Source of the DNA: Octopus bimaculoides
Taxonomy: Eukaryota
DNA length: 63,869 nucleotides
Direction of reading: 5' to 3'
Assembly (NCBI RefSeq): GCF_001194135.2
Contig: NC_068988.1
Span: 80,991,874-81,055,742 of the forward strand
Within the stretch, counting starts at the first letter, position 1; every line of letters begins with the position of its first letter. This document shows, one piece after another, positions 37,741 through 51,800 of this stretch. The translations under genes were made by a program, and so were the position numbers. The notes beneath the pieces were generated by a model. It saw nothing but the letters and a program-made list of their open reading frames with translations. It was not told where the DNA came from and searched no databases.

Positions 37741-38089
37741 ATGAGTTTACTGTTCCATTAAGGTAAGATCAACAAAAAATGTGGTTATGCAGGTTTTGTA
37801 ATGTGCCATGGGTCTCCAAGCAATCTTCAGCCTCTGTGCAAATGGCTTGTTCTATTTGAAAATCAGGACACGGGGGCATGAGAAACCATGAGAAAAAAAA
37901 AATGAGAAGGCTGATACAAAAAGTTGAATGGGAAGACAAAAGGGTAATAAAAGCAGAAAAAGGAAGGAAAGAAATGAAATTGGATACATTCCTTTTGACT
38001 GTAGGAGTTATAAATTAGACTAATTGTTGTTGAATAATTCAGCAGAAAGGGATCCAAGTGAGTCAGTTGCTCAATCTGGAGTGGATGGT

Positions 38090-38400
38090 ACCCTTCAGTT
38101 TGTGAAAATAGATTTGTCCATATGCTTGCATTTGCTGAAAATTTCAGATCTGGAATTTAGTGCAGCAGAATTCTTGGATCTAAAAAGAATATGTGATCTT
38201 TCAGTTATGCATAAGCTGCATTTCTTAGATTCATTTATATATGGCATGGATTTCTCTATGATTCTCCTTGATTGTATGTAGTGTGAACCAGGAGTGTGAG
38301 ATAAACTCTGTTTTCTATGAAGCTGAAGTCACAACGATACTTCAAGATAACATAACTGAAAAGAAAAATGAAATGATATATTTTCCCAGGGCATATATGC
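38090..38400 (-). mobile_element. Second Penelope-like relic (C-terminus of the GIY-YIG region)
   Basis: Minus translation RIIEKSMPYINESKKCSLCITERSHILFRSKNSAALNSRSEIFSKCKH matches the PLE CxLCxxE...LNxRSExxSKCRH motif. Confidence 0.7.
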
Positions 38401-38487
38401 TTATGTTAAACGATGACAATCATATCTAGTCTGTACAATATGCTTAAGTGGTTTCTTGCTGCCTTCTCTATAAGAAATTACTTGTAA

Positions 38488-38693
38488 CCCTTTTGTTACC
38501 AACTTGCCTAAGACTGCTCTTGGTTCTCTGACAACTGCTTTGATTTTAAATTATCAAGTTTCATAAAAATTTCAAGCTAATTTATATTCCAAATACCAAT
38601 TTAGAAATGGCTGTTATTTCATGGAATTCTTTATTTTCAGAATTAATTGAAGCTAAGGCTGTGTATTTCATCAGAAATGTGGTAACAGAAGGG
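38488..38693. mobile_element. piggyBac-like MITE family B
   Basis: TIR cccttttgttacc / ggtaacagaaggg (12/13), flanked by gtaa and ttaa. Confidence 0.65.
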
Positions 38694-41239
38694 TTAATGT
38701 GTTTAGAGAAATAGCAGTTGTAATGTTTTTACTTTTCCCACAGGTATTAGTAATAGTTGGGTTATGGGACTGCTGATGACATTTAAATGTATGAGATAGT
38801 TATAACACAAATATGTCAATGTAAATGTTATTCATAAGGGTAAAAGAATTTCTAATATTTTGCTTTGTTGAAAATTAGAGCAAGATTTAGAAATATATTT
38901 TTTATAGAATTCTAGTTTGTTAGGTTTTGTACTTTAAAATTATTTGCTAAATACTAACATTTTATTTTTCTCTATTGTATTTTCTTACTTACCAGTTTTA
39001 ACGTTTAGAAATATGGCATCATCACCTAAGATTAGGTTTTGGGATTCATTTGTGCCACATTTCCTGCTAATAACATCTGTGGAAGATGTGGAACATCTTA
39101 TAATAATTCTGCTTCTCGTTGTAATACTTAGTCCGTCAGTAATGCTTTCATGTGGTTAGAGAAAAAGAGGGAGATAGAAGCAGCCATGATGTGAGGTAGA
39201 GCGAATGTAATTGTAACACTTTCATGTGATTAGTTGAAGGGAAAGAGAAGAGAAAAAAAGGAAAGAGAAAAAGAGGATCAGGCAAAGAGTGAGACAGAAA
39301 GTGAAAGAGAGAAGTGTCCATAATATGAGGTAGGGGGAACGTAATATTTATTACGTGTTTAACAAAAGTTAGTTGAAGGTAGAGGAGTAAAGTTAGAAAT
39401 ATAATTTTAGCAGAGGGGTGATGTTCTGATGGTGAGGTTAAAGAAAGGCAGAGAGAACGGGGGTAGAGAGAGAGAGATTGGACAGTGAAAAGTGTATTTT
39501 TTTAATTGAATTAAGTTTTTTATATCACCTATCACTTAACACATGTGTATGAGTGCACTTCCGCTTATTTATATGGAAAACTAAAGGTTGTGTCACATAT
39601 ACAGGATATATTTATTTTGTTTATGGGAAAAATAAGAGTAAATATTTATTTTATGAGTGCTCTCTATTAAGTTTATAAAATTGTGTATAAAGTATATAAA
39701 GTGCACTCAGTTCACTCTGTCAGTGGTTGGTGCTAGGAAGGGCATCCAACCAAAAAAATCATGCCAAAACAGCCACTGAAGCCTGGTGCAGTTTTCCGCC
39801 TACCTAGCTTCTGTCAAATTCAACCCATGCCAGCATGGAGAGCAGACATTAAATGATGATGATCTGCATCACTATAATTAAAGGCCAATTTCCATACTAT
39901 TGTGTTAAAAGGGTCAGCTGATTAATCTCTCTCTCTCTCATGCCCTCATTTTTGCTCTCTCCACTCCCATAGGTCACCAGTCTTTTTGTGTCTTATTTGC
40001 AATGTCACTTATCAGTTACTCACTGGCAACATTCTTCACTTTCCCCATCCACTTTGTCATGCATTTTCATAACATATTCTTTATGGAAAAACAAAAACAA
40101 AATATTTACACAGTCAGCATTTAAATTAGTCATTAGTATTATCATAACTTCCATTCTGATGAGCATAGCTTCATGTAATTATAATGTAGTTAATTCAAAA
40201 CAAAACATTTACTTCATTTTTTATCCACTTCTGTGAGGCTTTCATTATTCATTTTCCCACAATGTATTTTCATCCAAACAACAGGGCTATTGGGTCGTTT
40301 GTCCACAAAGCACCCTCAGTTTTTAGTATTGATGTATATGTAATTATCAGTTTATTAATTATTTGGAGGTTCAGTTTCTTTCTAATGACATCAACTTAGA
40401 ATTTTTCTCCAATAAGGAGCTAAAGGCAGCTACAGTCCTTTCAAGTAAGTGCAAACTGGGTGAAGTTACACAAATCATTGAGGTTAGTTAATGACTCAGC
40501 TATGTTTAATACTCTGCGTTAAACATCATTTCTTTTTAACTGGGTTAAACTTTATCCTTTTCTGTCCATCAAATTTTTCCAGTGGTTCTCAACTTCCCCA
40601 AACAATAAAACATTCAGAAATCTGGGTTTGTTGTTTGACACTTGAAAAAAAAATTACAATATTTAAGTGTTAAGCACAATTTGTAGAGAGTTTGTGGGGG
40701 AAATGGTTGGTATAAGTATCTAATAGGGGTCTGCAAGTTGTGTGAAAACATAACTGTTCTCTCTTTAGCTCAGTTGTGGATTTCTTTTCTTGAGAGATGT
40801 ACAGTTTTATTGTAGTGAAAACAACTGGGTTATCTTTGTTCCTGTTTATATAGATTCTCTGTAGCAAGTATTGAGGTTGTGTGTAAATGAGGCAGATCTG
40901 TGGAATGCAACAAGGAATGAGGATTGTGTCATTTACATGGGAGAGAGAATGTATCAACACATACACTGTTCATAGAAGCTTGTTTTAGAGCAGTGAGATG
41001 CTGAAAGTAGAAGTAGGCCTACAGCTAATAGGGTTGAAAAGGTTGCCTTCTTTCATAGAGAGCTAAGGATGATGTAACACTGGCATTACAATATTTGAAA
41101 GAAACAGCAGGTACACTATTTGGTTTAGTTTTAGTACTGAAGTTACATTTGACAGCTGCATACATGTATGAGTTAGAGCCCTGGAGAAGTTTGTGTATTC
41201 AAATGCAAGGTGTCATTGGAAGGAAAACAGACATATGAC

Positions 41240-41733
41240 AGTGAATACTTGTGTTGCTTGTCCATGGATGATTTCCTGCAAATGTTTTATGTTATTATTT
41301 CATGGTGTTTGTGCAGCTGCAACATAGATTACTGTACAATAATAATTACGTAGTACTAAATTACGGGATTGAGGCATACAGAACCTAATAGCTGTCTGTA
41401 GATGTATCCGGTTTAAAGAAGACCAGCTGAGAGGACTTAGTAAGGTTAAGCTAAAATCCTTTTGGCAACAGATCAGACATTGTGACTGCAGTTAGTGAGG
41501 ACTGAGAGTTTCCTGGAGGCCATATGTTACATGAAAGTATCTTTTGATCTTTTGCAATTATCTTGAGTTTTATTTGCAAGTGAATACTTCTGTGTTGCTT
41601 GTCCATGGATGATTTCCTGCAAATGTTTTATGTTATTATTTCATGGTGTTTGTGCAGCTGCAACATAGATTACTGTACAATAATAATTACGTAGTACTAA
41701 ATTACGGGATTGAGGCATACAGAACCTAATAGC
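41240..41733. repeat. Near-identical direct repeat of about 153 bp (41240-41392 and 41579-41733)
   Basis: The copies differ only by a 2-nt indel and are separated by about 186 bp. Confidence 0.9.
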
Positions 41734-43628
41734 CTCTCTTCTTTGTTACCCATTTAGCTGCCTCAGATTATGTCTAAAAGATATTACTGTCATAGAAATT
41801 TAGCTTAAAATTAGTGGAAACCTAATTAATTAGCTAATTGGTGGTGTGGAACTAGGATCATTGTAATATACTATTTTGAATGTGATGCAAATAATGAAGC
41901 AATTAGGATATAGGTGAAAAAGATATTGAGATTAGAAGTTGGTTTTTGTAATGAGGAAAAGATTTACTGTTGTTACTAAAACATATTTACAACAGAATAA
42001 GAGATTACAAACATATAAAAGCAAATTGTAGTTAAAAAATTTTGTATCATTCACACACACACACACACACTTCTCATCTCCATCATTTATTGTCTGTTTT
42101 CCATGTTGGCATGGGTTAAATGGTTTGACTGGAGTTGGTAAACCAGGGGCCACACCAGGCTCTATTGTCTGTTTTGGCATGGTTTCTGCAGTTGGATGCC
42201 CTTCCTAAGGCCAACCACTCTACAGTGTACTAGGTGTTTTTAATGATACCAACACCAGTGCTTCTAATGTGAAACCAGCATGAGTGCTTTTTATGTAGCA
42301 CCAGCACATATATATATATAATAACCAGCTGTGGACATGACATTTTGTGGGTAGAATTGGTAGACTGATACTGCCTAGAAACCTGTCCTGTGAGTGTTTG
42401 TGCTTGCATTGTTTGTCTTTGCATGACAGTTTGAGCAAAAATTGGTGGTCATGTTTATGACTCTTGTAAACAATACATACTGTGACTCTGCTTCATGTGA
42501 AGGCAAGTGAAATATAAATGAAGAGCATCTGGTTATAAAACAATGCCCCAAATAAGTGTTTGTTCAAGCCCTGCTTGAGTTGAGAAGTTGGCATACAAAT
42601 AAATGAGTATGTATAATAATTTCACTTAAATTCCATCATTCTGTCTCTGTCTCTCTCTCATATATCATGTATCATATACTTGTCACCACTCTGTTCCTGT
42701 AATCAACCTCCTTACCAATAAGCAACATGTGGTTGCCTATCACAGATTGTCTTCCATTACTACCTCCTCTATCACCCTGTTTTCTCTCTTTTACCTTTCT
42801 CTTATCTATTAACCCTCTCAATTATGTTACTTTGAATGGACAGAAAAAGTTTGGGAGATCTCTATAGTCTTGTAGGTAATATGGCAACCTCTCTGATTAG
42901 TAAACAAAGACATTTTCAGATAAAAGGACCTTTGATCATTGTAAGGACAAAACAGGCTCTATAAAGCTTCTGTTCTGATGATAAGCATGCAGTATTCTCT
43001 GTAAAATCATTGGATTTGGGAATTGTATCTAGCTATAGAAATTCAGTCAAGAATGGATCCTTCAAGTGAGTTGTAATCGCTAACACGTGTAACATGTCAC
43101 TCCAAATAAGATTGACTTGTATAGGGAACCCATCCAGCATGGGAATAGGCATAAAATAATATAGTATCTATAATAATGATAATACTGTTATTATTATATA
43201 TACACAGACATGCAAGAAGTAAATAGACACCTTTTGTTTTCAAGAGACAATCACAAAGCTTATCACTTTAATGCCAAAAAGAGTTTCTGAATTAAAAACT
43301 GCAAAAAGAATGTCAACTAAATTCTTAAGTATGTAATCCTACCTAACAATTACATTTCAATTATTTGCTTTGCGTATGAAATAAGATTTTGAAAATTAAA
43401 GGTGTCTATTTACTTCCTGCATGTCTGTGTATTTATGTGTGTGTGTGTGTGTGTGAGTTATTTGGTGACCCTGCTGGTGCCATGTAAAAAACACCCAGTC
43501 CATTCTAAGGTGGTTGGCATCCAGTTATAAAACCCATGCCAAAACAGACAGTCCTTTGGCTTGCCAGCTCCTGTCAGACTGTTCAACCCATGCTAACATA
43601 TCAAATAGATGTTAAGTGATGATGATAT

Positions 43629-43797
43629 ATAGTAATCCCTCGCCATATGGTGTCTTGCATTTACAATAAAATAAATATATACAAATTATAAAATTAATTT
43701 TTGAAAATATACAGTACTGTTTCTACTTCATGAATTTTCACCTATTGTGGAGGGTTTTGGAACATAACACACATGATATTCTTTTAATGCCTGTAGT
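43629..43797. mobile_element. Internally deleted copy of the 3311-3542 MITE family, opposite orientation
   Basis: tagtaatccctcgccatat terminus. ttttcacctattgtggagggttttggaacataaca matches the reverse complement of about 3340-3375. Confidence 0.6.
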
Positions 43798-46204
43798 CAG
43801 CTTTTGTTGTACAGTAAGAAAGTTTTCTTTTTATTCCACTTGTCATCACAAGTTGAAAGTTCTTGAGCTACAAGATGTACTGTCCACTGTGGGTGTGTGA
43901 GTGCAATCACCACTTTTGCTTGTCACACAATGTAAACATTCATATGCACACTCACATTTACGTGTGTGTGTGTGTGTGTGTGCACTCGTTTACAAAGACA
44001 ACAGGTTTTGTTTTCCACTTTCTGTTTACAAATTTTACTCAGTTATGGTTAGCCTGAAGTTGTTGTGAAAGATACTTACCCAACGTAAGGTACCATGAAA
44101 AAAAAATGCACCCAGTACACTCTGTAAACTGGTTGGCTCTACGAGCAGCATCAGCCTACAATCAAGATTTGAATACTGAATTCAAATCCTGTCAAGGACA
44201 ACTTTGCTTTTCATTTATTCGGGGTTGAGAGAATAAAGTATCAGTGAAGTACTGAGTTTAATGTAATTGATGAACTCACTGTCCCTAATATTGCCGGCCT
44301 TGTGCTCAAGTTTAAGCTATTATTAAGGCAATGAGCTGGCAGACTCATTAGCTTATTGAACAGAATTCATAGTGGCGTTTCTTCCAGCTCTTTATGTTTC
44401 AAGTTCATGTACCACTGAAGTTAGCTTTACCTTTTATCCTTTCAGGGTTGATAAAATAACCCCCAGTTGAGCACTGGGGGTTAGTGTGACTGAATGATCC
44501 CTTTCCCCTAAAATTGAACCCATTATTGTATTTTCTATCGTGCAAGTTCAGTGCTGGTTACGAATAAATACACAATGTCTTATGCAGTAAACATACAGAT
44601 GAATATGATGCTGATTGAGCAGAGTTATGATCAAATCATTCTGGCTATGACCATCTCATCTTCTTTTAAGATGTGTTATATTCCAGACTATGTAATTAAT
44701 TCTGTCTTGTTTGAACTCTACTAATTTGCTGTTTTTTTTAGCAGTTTTGAGTGATCATGTCAATGTTCTTTCTTTGACTCATGTTGTTTATTTTTGTCCT
44801 TGTTTCTATTTCAAACTACTGAATTGGAATGCTAACCAATCCTACCTTGTTTATTTCGTATTCTTTTCTCTCTTTTTATTTAATTATTTATTTTTTCTGC
44901 TTAAAAAACAGAAATTAACCTCCTCCCTTCATCTGCACCAAATGCCCAAACTCTCCTGTTTATGTATTCATAGCATTTTTCCTTTTTTATAATTATTTAT
45001 CAGTTTTTTTTTTATTTATATGTAAATTTATACTGAAGTATAAATTTATGCTTAAGTAATTTGCTTTCACTTTCAACTTCTGAAAATATATCATTTTCTT
45101 TAGACAAAGGATATATAACATAGTAAATGCTACTGTACTGTTGATAGGCTATAATAACATAGTTGATACCACTGTACTATTGTGAGGATACATTATTATA
45201 TCATCAATGAACAAAGATGACTGTGGTGAGAGTTGAATTCAGAATATAGTTGGCTGAAACTAAAAATACTGTAGAACATTTTATCCTGCTACTCTGACAT
45301 ATCTCCCTGCTTATTACCCTATACAATTGTAAATCATTATCCAAAAATTAGTTTGGGTATTTATGTCTGTGTACTCCAGAGCCATGCATATTCTGCATTC
45401 CATTCCTACACTTTTTTTAATAGTAATTCTACCAAAAGAATATCACTATCCACGTGTCATCAGTTTGTTTCTGTAAAAATACTGATTTTATGGTTTTCAA
45501 CAACAAAGATAAATTGGATTTTTAAAAATGCAATTTAAGAATTTTTTTCTTTTATCTACTATTTTTCCCTTTTAATTGTATTTCCCAGAATAGTTAAAAT
45601 GCATAATTAAGAAATAAGGCTGTTTCTTTTGGCTGACAGTTCATATACACACATGCATGCACACACACACACACACACACACACAGCTTGGAACTGGTTT
45701 GAACTACTTTCTGCCAACTCTGATTGGTAGCTGTAATTATAAGTACATCATATGTTAGTTAATAGCCAATAGAAAGCTTACCACCTGGATTCCACCACTG
45801 AAGCAGATAAGTAGATGCATAGACTACAGCAGATAGTATTTCCTTGATTCTGAAGATTGGTCATAGGTTTCCTAGCGTTGTTATTCTTTTCAGCAGCTGT
45901 AAAAAGGTACTTTAGTTTTAGTGTCATCATCATAGCAATATGACTGGTTTTATAACTTACAATGGCTATATTTTAAATCACAAAGGTAAGTGGTTATTTT
46001 AAACATATTTTATTGGAGTTTTAAAAAATAAATTTTGTGCCCCTTCCCCATTCTTGGGGTTTCCAGTCTTGTGAGCTGCATGATGAGGATTTATTGCTTT
46101 AATTTGGATGTTAAACAAAGAACTCCTGATTATATTTTATTGAATTTCTCAAATTTCTATCATGAATCTCTGTTTTACATTAGTAACTAAATATGTTACA
46201 TACT

Positions 46205-46621
46205 CTCTCTTTTACTCTTTTACTTGTTTCAGTCATTTGACTGTAGCCATGCTGGAGCACCGCCTTTAGTCGAGCAAATCGACCTCAGGACTGATTCTTT
46301 GGAAGCATAGTATTTATTCTATCGGTCTCTTTTGCCGAACTGCTAAGTTACGGGGACGTAAACACACCAGTATCGGTTGTCAAGCGATGCTGGGGGGATA
46401 AACACAGACACACAAACATATACACATACATACATACATACATATATAGACATATATACGACGGGCTTCTTTCAGTTTCCGTCTACCAAATCCGCTCACA
46501 AGGCTTTGGTCGGCCTGAGGCTATAGTAGAAGACACTTGCCCAAGGTGCCACGCAGTGGGACTGAACCCGAAACCATGTGGTTGGTAAGCAAGCTACTTA
46601 CCACACAGCCACTCCTGCGCC
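46205..46621 (-). mobile_element. Full-length, well-preserved copy of the same SINE
   Basis: Complete head, microsatellite hinge and tail, with many CpGs retained. Confidence 0.9.
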
Positions 46622-47918
46622 TATGTATTTAATTTTCTTTTGTATTTAACTTTTATAGAGAAATACTTGATTGAAAATTTCCTTCCTCATCTTTGTTTTT
46701 ACCTTTTCTTTTTCCTTGCTTTTGCATTGGTCAGATGAGTCCTTCCCAACACAGCATCCCATCACTTGTTGCATTCCTTGGTCATCTTTTTCAGTTTCCT
46801 GAGATCATCCCTCATCACTTCTACCCATATCTGCTTTGATCTCCCTCTTCCACTGGATCCTTCTCCATGAATCTCTAGGCACTTATTCATCCACCTATCA
46901 TTATCCACATGTATTATATGCCCATACCAGCATACCCGTTGCCCTTACTATCATTGATTACTTTTATCACTAGTTTTTCTCTGTTCCATCATTCATGGAC
47001 ATTTACATTACACATCCAGCATATCACACTTATTTTTTCTTTCCAACCTTTGCACCTCCTTTGCATTCAGTGTCTTATGTTTCACTGCCATGCAGCTCTA
47101 CCATTCATTTGGTTATCATACATTTTATCCTTCATTCAGAGAGAATCCCATTCTTGTTAGCTGAAGAAATAGAGCTCTGATAGAAAATTTACTTTATCAA
47201 AAAACTTAAATAATTCTATAATACCTGTAAGAAATGTGTAGTGTAAAATGACTTCATTCTAACATATATATGATGCTAGGCCATCACTGAGGATCTTCCC
47301 TGGCAAGTACACATCAATGACATACTAAAACTGTATCTCAGTGAGGGATCTTTCCTTCAAAGCTGCAAAACACTTAAGTCCCCAACAACTGGTAACCCAC
47401 CAAAAAAGCGCAAGTGAGCTTTTTGATGGATTACCAGTTGGAAGAGTATTTCTGCTGCTGCACACTCACACATGCATCTTAGATCATGTCCAGAGAAATC
47501 ACTCACACACTCCAATCTATAATCCACAAGTGTGTTGCTTCCTCTTTGTCTTTTCTGTTGCTACTACAGTGGCCTTTACTCTTTTGTCACCTTCTCTCAT
47601 CATGTGGTTAGTGTTGGTGCTGGTGGTAGGGATCTTCTTAGGACCTCCATCATACTAATCACAACACCCAGTCTTTTCTTCGTATAACATTGGCCCTTTG
47701 GATTGATATGAATTTGGAATTTTCAATATTAACATCAAAAGTTTTTCTTAGTTTAGCCAGAGGAGGAAGGGCAGTGCCTAAGACTGTTTTCTGGCTTCAG
47801 AGACTAGTAGGAGGAAATTATCTTTAGACCAGAGCACGGGATCTGAATTCTTGCAACAGAACAGATTTAATTAAAAACACCCAAAGAGAAGGAAAAAATG
47901 TTACACATCTCAAAACAA

Positions 47919-48139
47919 CCCTTTAGCATTTAAACCAACCATATCAAGCCCAAATATTCCACTTGTTTTATGTTCAAACTAGCCAGATCTGGCCTCTCAC
48001 AACTACCTTACAATGTTATTCTAAAAATAAGCAATCACATTGTCGAAATCTCAAAGCTATGAGGATATTGCTGGGTTAACTGAAGACAATGTAAATAAAT
48101 AAACATTACTTTCGACAGGATAATCTGAAAGCTAAAGGG
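47919..48139. mobile_element. piggyBac-like MITE family A (about 220 bp)
   Basis: ccctttagc ... gctaaaggg-ttaa. The body is the reverse complement of about 1376-1589. Confidence 0.7.
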
Positions 48140-48700
48140 TTAAAATAGTTTTTGTGTGTTAGTATATTTGTGATGTGATTGAAGGACTTCTATTATAATG
48201 CTATTTTTAAATTAATCATGAAGTTTTATATTATTACATGAAGATAAATGAAAAGTTGTAACATTTGTGCCTTAAGGATTTTAATGTTCATAAAATGTAT
48301 TGGTTGAAACATGAATCAAAATTGGTTTCCGCTTCTCTCTACTAGAGTTTAATTCCTGTTCTATAGAACTGTAACAGAGCTGTACAATTTTGATTTCTTA
48401 CATAAGCACAAAGTCACAAGTTTGTTGGTAAGGAATGTAGTTAAATAAATTGACCATTAGTACCTGACACTGATCACCAAGGGAAGAATGCTAAAGTTGA
48501 CATTGGTATGGTTTTAATTTAAAATTCAGCAGGATGAGCATTTAATCCAGCACATGTTGTTTCTCTTCCACTACTACCATTAGGCCTGTATAAAATAGCA
48601 GAAAGGTTTTTGTGTGTATTCAACTGTCTCATGTTGTATCTAAATTTATATTCAAGTTAATTTTGTTGTTCATTGCCGCATAAGATTTTATGATCATTAG

Positions 48701-48915
48701 CCCTTTTGATACCAATCTGCTTGTAAATGCTCCTGATTCTACGATAGAAACTTTCTGTTTAAAGTGATGTAAATTAATATTTTCCACCAAAATTTCATGT
48801 AATGTCCCAAACACAACCTTAATAAGAAAAAAAGTTACTTTACTAAATTCATTATTATCAAAATAAATTGTAACAAAGGTTGTGTAATTTCAACAGAAAT
48901 ATAGCAACAAAAGGG
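48701..48915. mobile_element. piggyBac-like MITE family B, second copy, 70 bp upstream of the exon acceptor
   Basis: ttag-cccttttgatacc ... gcaacaaaaggg-ttaa. Confidence 0.55.
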
Positions 48916-48985
48916 TTAAAATATATAATTCTTAAGATACTTTGGTGCATGTTTATTAAATTTTATTTTTGGTTTTATTTTTCAG

Positions 48986-49121
48986 ATTTGTCAAGCTGAA
49001 TGTTGGGCTTGTTTCTCTTCATTAGCAATTTGGTTAATCTCTCAAGTGTTGCCATTAGTTGAAACATTGCCAATTAAAAATGTACAGCGAAATTCGTATC
49101 TGGGATAAAGTTGGTTGGAGA
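48986..49121 (+). other. 5' UTR portion of coding exon 1, containing an out-of-frame uORF (49000-49062)
   Basis: Lies between the acceptor (48985) and the main ATG. ATG at 49000 opens 20 codons (MLGLFLFISNLVNLSSVAIS) ending in TGA at 49060-49062. Confidence 0.55.
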
Positions 49122-49254
49122 ATGAAGGCATTTGTTGTGCTTGCTTTTCTTGTCTATGTTTGCACTCCAGTATCTTCTATGACACTACATGATACAACTG
49201 CCATTCCATCTGATGAATTCATTACTGAAAAACCTATGACAAAACGTACTAAAA
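49122..49254 (+). CDS. Coding exon 1 of a single-pass membrane protein (signal peptide plus start of ectodomain)
   Basis: Acceptor ttttatttttcag ends at 48985. ATG at 49122 gives MKAFVVLAFLVYVCTPVSS (signal-peptide-like), then MTLHDTTAIPSDEFITEKPMTKRTK. Donor A|gtaagt at 49254/49255, phase 1. An in-frame upstream ATG exists at 49080. Confidence 0.8.
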
Positions 49255-51199
49255 GTAAGTATATATTTTAATATTCCTATTGAAATATCAGTATCACTAA
49301 CTTGTAATATGTTAAAACTATCGAGAAAAGCTGTGTCAGTGTTAAACTATTTTTGAAGACTTATGTATTGAATTTGGTCAGTCATTAGTTTTGAGATGTG
49401 ACTGTAGTTATGTGTGTAGGTATTTGTTCATGGAATAACTAGAATAGTGAGAGTAGGTACTTGTTGCAGCAACTAACTGGTTTTAAAACAGTATGGGATG
49501 TGATTTGAGGACAACGTCATTGCTGTTTCTTGTCAACTTCCAAGCAAATAATGTTTGCACCTTTCGTAGGTGGTCAATTTAATTGGCAGTAAGTAGAGTA
49601 TTGGGTAGAATGCTTTCCTGTTTTTATTCTAAATCTCAGTGCTCTGAGTTTAGATTTCACTGAGGTCAGCTTTGCTTTCATCATTTTGGAATTGATAAGA
49701 AAAAAAAAAGGACCAACCCAGGGTAGAGGATTGGTGGAACTAGAATGTTGGACTATTGTTTCAGCTCTTTTGTTCTGAGTTCAAATCTTCCCATGGGTGG
49801 TAGACATAATCCATTGCCTGATTTTACACCCACTTTTGGTACTTTGGATTCATTTAGTGGAGTCCACTTTGTTGCAAGATTTTGGGTTAAATCTTCAGTT
49901 TACCTTGAGTAAAAGAAAAAAATACAGAAAAACTAATCACTCAAAACAAACACACATGCCGAGAGAATAAAATACTTGGAATTACTCAAAGCACCATGCC
50001 ATTATTTACAGGTTGTTGTTGTTGAGTGACAAATACAGTGAGGGAGAGGATACGTGTGTGTGAAAGATATAAACAGGTAGTGTTGTCACCATAGAGACCA
50101 ATAAGACTTTCACTGTATAACCGTCTACTATTAACTGGCCGTACCATACAAGGTACATTGTATATAATTTCAGTAATAATGGCTGAATTATTGTTACACA
50201 TGGCTAGCCAGAGTATGTAATGTGAGATATTGTTCAATTGATATGCTTATTGTGTAGAATATGAAAAAAAGTATGTTAAATAAATGTTATTGTTCTTCAG
50301 TGTTCAAACTGTTATTAGTCTTCACTGAGAAAGTCAATCTAAACATTATTTGAATAATTTGTGAAGGTGTGTGCATGATTAACAAATATTTTTTCTGGCA
50401 GCATAATGACGGGTAACAACCCAGTTTTTATTAAACAAAATGTACCAACTGAAGATAGTACTAGCTATTATGATTAAGGTATGGCATCCTGCTCTTTACA
50501 TTCTGAGTTCAAATCCCACTGAAGTTAATGAAGTATGAGTTACATACTGGAGGTTGATATCATCTGTTCCTCTAATCTTAAATTTCTGGCCTTGTACTTA
50601 ATTTTAAAATTATTATCACAGCTGTAAGATTTTTAGAACGACCAACAAAGCTCATGATAAATTTTCATTTGGAATGATGTTAGAGAAAACACTAAATGCA
50701 ATAACTTGGCTTATCCTTTAAGATTCACTGTTTGCAAATGGATCCTCTGCTGGTTTCACTAATGCAGTTGTTTGATCAACTGAATTACCTTCTAATTTAT
50801 GTAGCAGAGTGGCTGAATATTTCACAGGCAGGTATGCTCTTAATTCTTAGGTTGAATCAATGTGATGCGATATGTGAGGTCGAACCTTTGGATTACTGGT
50901 ACACTCTCTAATGGGTTCCACACAGCTTTCCTGCAAGCAGGCAGTTATAGTGATTATTTATGATGGTGACAATAAATAATTCTTAATTGTTCAAAATTTG
51001 GATGTGAGTTAAAGGAACTGATGTCTCTAAATTCTCAAACCCATTTTCATTACATTACTTTTGCTCTTGAAGTGAAATTCATCAGTCTTTGTATGACAAA
51101 GAAAAATTGTCTGTGTGAATTCCCAGTGATGTACATCACTGAATCTCCATACCTTTACCTACTTCCATATGCATGTTTGGGGGTCTTTTCTGTTGCAGT

Positions 51200-51800
51200 C
51201 ACAGTTTTTGAAATTTTAAAATTAAGTCAAAATTTTCAAATTTGGTATATTGATGTAATTTTTCATGCCGCATCTGATTTCATTTTCACACTGAATCTGA
51301 TATGTATGATATATATAAACATCTATAGTGACCCCTGGTGGTCAAGCAGGAAAGCAAAACGAAAAAGGGATCTAACAAGAGTAATCTCCCTCGACCTTGA
51401 AAATTCTCGGCTATTTTAGAAGTTTTCAGTTAACTTCTGGATGACGTGGAAGTCAGGGACTTCTGGTTCTTCCCTTATATAAAGTGAATGCAATTCTAAT
51501 TTTGCACCTTTTTGCCTGTCGGTTCCTAGGCATACGCATTGAGCCACGCCACTCGCACACACAATCGCACGCGTGCGTATTCGCCTCATTTGCTTTGAGA
51601 CGTGGTTGCAAAGTATGTTCGTGTAATATGTTACAACCCTTTTCTTTCAGACCATTCTTATATGTTAACGCATTACATCCAGTAATAAATATGTTATGAC
51701 TTATGAAAGTCTCACAAGTTCATATTTTTCTTGTCGTTTTACGTACAAGATGGGGACCCCTCTTTCTCGCATGCAATTTTAAAAGTGTAGGTTGTCACAT
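51200..51800. mobile_element. CpG-rich unclassified repeat, possibly Helitron-like, within the intron
   Basis: Abrupt CpG-rich block in a CpG-poor intron, with short hairpins (gacccctggtggtc, ggggacccc). The family assignment is a guess. Confidence 0.35.

Noticed and set aside
49210-49236. CTGATGA...GAAA hammerhead-like words inside coding exon 1
   Set aside because: No stem II, stem III or stem I pairing; a chance match in coding sequence.
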